From Candidatus Poribacteria bacterium (GTDB lineage Bacteria > Poribacteria > WGA-4E > WGA-3G): 64,000 bases of DNA. Of the stretch, positions 60,895 through 64,000 are shown in pieces. The notes beneath the pieces were generated by a model that ran no database searches, was not told where the DNA came from, and saw only the letters and a program-made list of their open reading frames with translations. Each line of letters opens with the position of its first letter. The stretch's first letter is position 1. The stretch spans positions 2,688,001 to 2,752,000 of the forward strand of contig OZ251518.1 of assembly GCA_965242965.1 (NCBI GenBank), in the 5' to 3' direction. Position numbers and translations under genes: made by a program.

Positions 60895-61947
60895 CTACGA
60901 CGATGACGTTTCGTTTCCTTTCAAATCCTTTGTCAGTTGTGAACCGAGGACAATCCCGCCGATGCCGACAGCGCAATAAATGGTGAAAAACCGGGTCAGC
61001 AGTGTCCAAAGCCCTACCAATTCAGGGCGAATGAGGTTTCTCATCAATAAAACACTCGTGATTTCGGCGATGCCGCTTGCACCCGGGCTGGGAGCAAACA
61101 GCGTGACGAAGTTGAGAATCATCCCCGCGGCGCACATTTCCCAGAGCGTCGCGCCGCCGCCGAGTGCCTTGACGACGACATAGCCGCCGACGAACCGGCA
61201 GGCGAAAAAGCCTATTGTCAATAACAGACTGAGCAGACAGGTGCCTTTATGATGGCTGATGAACATCCGTGTGAACGCCTGATGCTCGGTAATGAGTGCC
61301 TCTAGTCTAACAGTTATCCTCTCAAAGAGGGTTCCGATGAAGGGAAACCGAGTCCCCAGAAAAGCCCCGAGCCCTTTGAGGGGTGCCTGAATGATCTGTG
61401 GCTTGAGGAGCAACAGCAGAAAGCCTGTGAAAACCAGCGCAAATACCAGCAAACTATATCGACTCACCAGCGTAATGCCTCTCGGCAGGAACGGCGGATT
61501 CAGCCAAAGCACATACCCGGCGGAAAGCATGAGAATGGACAGCGTGCCGAGAAAGCAGATGATGCCTGTCGTCATCGCGGCAGAGAGCGGAACGCTTGTC
61601 CGCGTGAAGATATAGAGATGCCCTATCCCGCCAGTCTGGAATGGCGTGACACCGGAAACGCAGAGGGTAGCTAAATTCGCACGAAGACTATCGGCAAATC
61701 TCACTTTGGGTGCCATCTTTGAGACGAAAATGTGGAAGCGGAGACTGCCGCAGAGCCAATCCGCAAACATACAGAGGCACGCTAACAGCAGCGTCTCCAC
61801 CCGCATTGTGCGCAGCACTTCCCCGATATCCTGAACGCCGCTCCACAAAAAAATGAGGCATAACCCGCCGAGAGTGCATAACGTGAAGAAAAGCACTCCA
61901 CGGATAAGGTTTTTGCGGCTCAGCGAACGGCCCAAATCTTCAGGCAT
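60895..61947 (-). CDS. lysylphosphatidylglycerol synthase TM-domain (flippase-like) protein
   Basis: [18 protein letters not shown], multi-pass hydrophobic. Confidence 0.8.
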   Translation of the reverse strand: MPEDLGRSLSRKNLIRGVLFFTLCTLGGLCLIFLWSGVQDIGEVLRTMRVETLLLACLCMFADWLCGSLRFHIFVSKMAPKVRFADSLRANLATLCVSGVTPFQTGGIGHLYIFTRTSVPLSAAMTTGIICFLGTLSILMLSAGYVLWLNPPFLPRGITLVSRYSLLVFALVFTGFLLLLLKPQIIQAPLKGLGAFLGTRFPFIGTLFERITVRLEALITEHQAFTRMFISHHKGTCLLSLLLTIGFFACRFVGGYVVVKALGGGATLWEMCAAGMILNFVTLFAPSPGASGIAEITSVLLMRNLIRPELVGLWTLLTRFFTIYCAVGIGGIVLGSQLTKDLKGNETSSS

Positions 61948-62794
61948 TAATGTTTACATCCTCAGCAAAGGTCAGACTCATATCCAACGGCATAGCGGAA
62001 TGCGTCAACGCGCCGACAGAGATAACATTGACACCCGTTGCTGCAACCGCCCGCACCTGTTCCAGCGTGATGCCGCCGGATGCCTCCGTGAGGGCTCTCC
62101 CGCCAATCTGTTCAACGGCGCGCCGCATGAGTTCAACGGACATGTTATCAAGCATTAAGACATCGGCACCTGCCTTCAGTGCCTCGTCCACCTGCGCCGC
62201 TGTCTCCACCTCTACCTCAATCTTTGCAGTATGCGGGACAACCGCGCGTGACTTCTGCACCGCGTTCGCTATGCCACCGGCGGCGACGATATGGTTATCC
62301 TTAATCAACACGCCATCGAAAAGCCCGAATCGGTGATTATGTCCCCCACCGATGCGCACGGCGTATTTCTGCACAGCGCGCCAACCAGCCGCTGTCTTCC
62401 GCGTATCCACGATTTTGACATCGTAGTCCGAAACGGCGTTGACAAATTGCGCCGTGAGCGTGGCGATACCGGAAAGCCGCTGCAGGAAGTTGAGCGCGGT
62501 GCGTTCGCCTATCAGAATTGACTTCGCGCTGCCCTGCACCTCGGCGATTCGGGTGCCTGCGACAACTTCATCACCCTCGTTAACCAGCGGACGAAAAATG
62601 AGTGTCGCATCGAGTCTCTTGAACACGCGCGCCGCCACAGGCAGCCCTGCGACAACACCACCGCTTTTGGCAACGATGCTCCCAACCGCTTGTTGAGAAT
62701 CCGGGACCGTCGCCTCGGTGGTGATGTCGCCGATGCCGATGTCCTCCGCGAAGGCGAGTTCAAGTAGGGCATCTATTGAACGCAGGTTGAGCAT
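61940..62794 (-). CDS. nadC: nicotinate-nucleotide pyrophosphorylase (quinolinate phosphoribosyltransferase)
   Basis: ERTALNFLQ, DTRKT, HRFGL.D.VLIKDNH, EASGGI, SVGALTHS. Confidence 0.97.
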   Translation of the reverse strand: MLNLRSIDALLELAFAEDIGIGDITTEATVPDSQQAVGSIVAKSGGVVAGLPVAARVFKRLDATLIFRPLVNEGDEVVAGTRIAEVQGSAKSILIGERTALNFLQRLSGIATLTAQFVNAVSDYDVKIVDTRKTAAGWRAVQKYAVRIGGGHNHRFGLFDGVLIKDNHIVAAGGIANAVQKSRAVVPHTAKIEVEVETAAQVDEALKAGADVLMLDNMSVELMRRAVEQIGGRALTEASGGITLEQVRAVAATGVNVISVGALTHSAMPLDMSLTFAEDVNINA

Positions 62795-62829
62795 AGTTTC
62801 TTGCCCTTTTAAATTACGCGAATTCCAAT

Positions 62830-63744
62830 CTAATACCGCTCCAAATACGGCGTAAGGAACTTCTTCGCATCTTCCGTCACTTCCCACGCATTTGGCCAGA
62901 AGCAGAGATCGATGGAGAACCAGTCGCCATCGTAGCCGGTTTCTTCCATGATGACAGGGATAATCGCGTCAAAGTCAAGCACGCCTTGTCCGAACGGCGC
63001 GTGCGTGCTCGTCTCATCGTGATGGAGCGTGTTATCGGAATCAATGAGGTGGAAATGTCCGATTTGCCCCTTGAGTTGCCGCGCCAAATCTATCACGCCG
63101 TTATCGCCGAGTGTTTCCTGTTCGCCTACTTGCCGCGCGCCGACGACTGCGCACATCTGCGCATGGCATGTGTCAAACATCACCTTGAAATTGGGATGCC
63201 CGACTGCTTGTGGCATTGCGATAATCTCGCTCGGTTTGTTGAACATGAAGCCGGGTTCAAACTCCCAGAGCATGAGGACACCGTGGTCTTCCGCAACTTG
63301 CGCGCAGCGTTTCCAGACATCGACAATCCGCGCCCAGGCTGTCTGCCTGTCTACGCCGGGAATTTCTGCCTCTGCATCGGTGACAGTATCCACGCGAATC
63401 GTGGGTGAACCGAGGTCTAAGGCGAGTTGGAGGTTTTCTTTGAACAGCTTGAAGTATCTGTCATCCTCCTGCGCCTCGTCCGTGGCGGGCCCGGGGTGAG
63501 ACCAGAAGTCGGCGGCGAGCCCGGAGACTTCCAAGCCGTGTGAGGCGATGAGTGCTTTCACAGCATCCCGGTCACTTTTCATCGGGTAGTCATTGATGTC
63601 AATGTGCGGTTTGAACGCGCCTATCTCCACGCCATCAAAATCAAGTTCGCTGAGGCGTTTGACGACGGTGTCAAACAGCACGGGGTTGTCTTCATAGGGG
63701 CCAAAAGTGTAAGCCCAACTGCCAATGGACAATTTTTTTGCCAT
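62830..63744 (-). CDS. sugar phosphate isomerase/epimerase (xylose isomerase-like TIM barrel)
   Basis: FDGVEIG, WEFEPG, FDTCHA, HLIDSD; start MAKKLS. Confidence 0.85.
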   Translation of the reverse strand: MAKKLSIGSWAYTFGPYEDNPVLFDTVVKRLSELDFDGVEIGAFKPHIDINDYPMKSDRDAVKALIASHGLEVSGLAADFWSHPGPATDEAQEDDRYFKLFKENLQLALDLGSPTIRVDTVTDAEAEIPGVDRQTAWARIVDVWKRCAQVAEDHGVLMLWEFEPGFMFNKPSEIIAMPQAVGHPNFKVMFDTCHAQMCAVVGARQVGEQETLGDNGVIDLARQLKGQIGHFHLIDSDNTLHHDETSTHAPFGQGVLDFDAIIPVIMEETGYDGDWFSIDLCFWPNAWEVTEDAKKFLTPYLERY

Positions 63745-63777
63745 GTTTCGTTTCCTTTTTAGCAGAATCGTAACTAG

Positions 63778-63939
63778 AGTGCGGGGGCTTGTCCCCCGCG
63801 CGATTTTATCCGTTTTCACCGTAGTGCGGGGGCCTGTCCCCCGCAAACTTCAATGCGTTTTCACCGTAGTGCGGGGGCTTGTCCCCCGCGCGATTTTATC
63901 CGTTTTCACCGTAGTGCGGGGGCCTGTCCCCCGCAAACT
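63778..63939. repeat. 90-nt-period duplication of REP doublets
   Basis: gtgcgggggcttgtcccccgcgcgattttatccgttttcaccgtagtgcgggggcctgtcccccgcaaact twice. Confidence 0.85.
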
Positions 63940-64000
63940 CCTATTAGGAGATTGTCGGCGGATAACAGCAGATAATCTCCATCGGTTCGTCACTGGTGCT

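Noticed and set aside
1-64000. RAYT/IS transposase, reverse transcriptase, rRNA or tRNA genes
   Set aside because: No ORF with HUH, DDE or RT motifs and no tRNA/rRNA-like sequence was recognised by eye.

Overview
Bacterial chromosomal window, probably Candidatus Poribacteria or a relative. This is an inference from the C-terminal 'V-x-P/A-x-x-K/R-(M)-LTTxWG/FG-x-x-K' tails on secreted proteins and from the TPR, PhyH and lamin-tail gene content. Housekeeping genes (polA, aroC, rbsK, era, double-length uvrA, dnaN, nadC, ubiD-family) are mixed with defence-like loci: a single-chain N6-MTase/RM enzyme, a DUF4258/YgiT TA pair, a PARIS-like ATPase + DUF4435 pair and a NERD-helicase. The most striking signal is non-coding. 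There is a dense set of GTAG-led palindromic (REP-like) repeats in several families whose stems co-vary around a shared GCCT loop. These modules (i) are carried as cargo inside a MITE-like element with 14-bp terminal inverted repeats GAGGGTGTTTCATA and 8-bp target-site duplications, (ii) form tandem arrays, and (iii) sit in frame inside rbsK, uvrA, the RM gene and other ORFs. No rRNA, tRNA, CRISPR-Cas or transposase/RAYT gene was seen. All domain calls come from motif recognition by eye; no database search was run.
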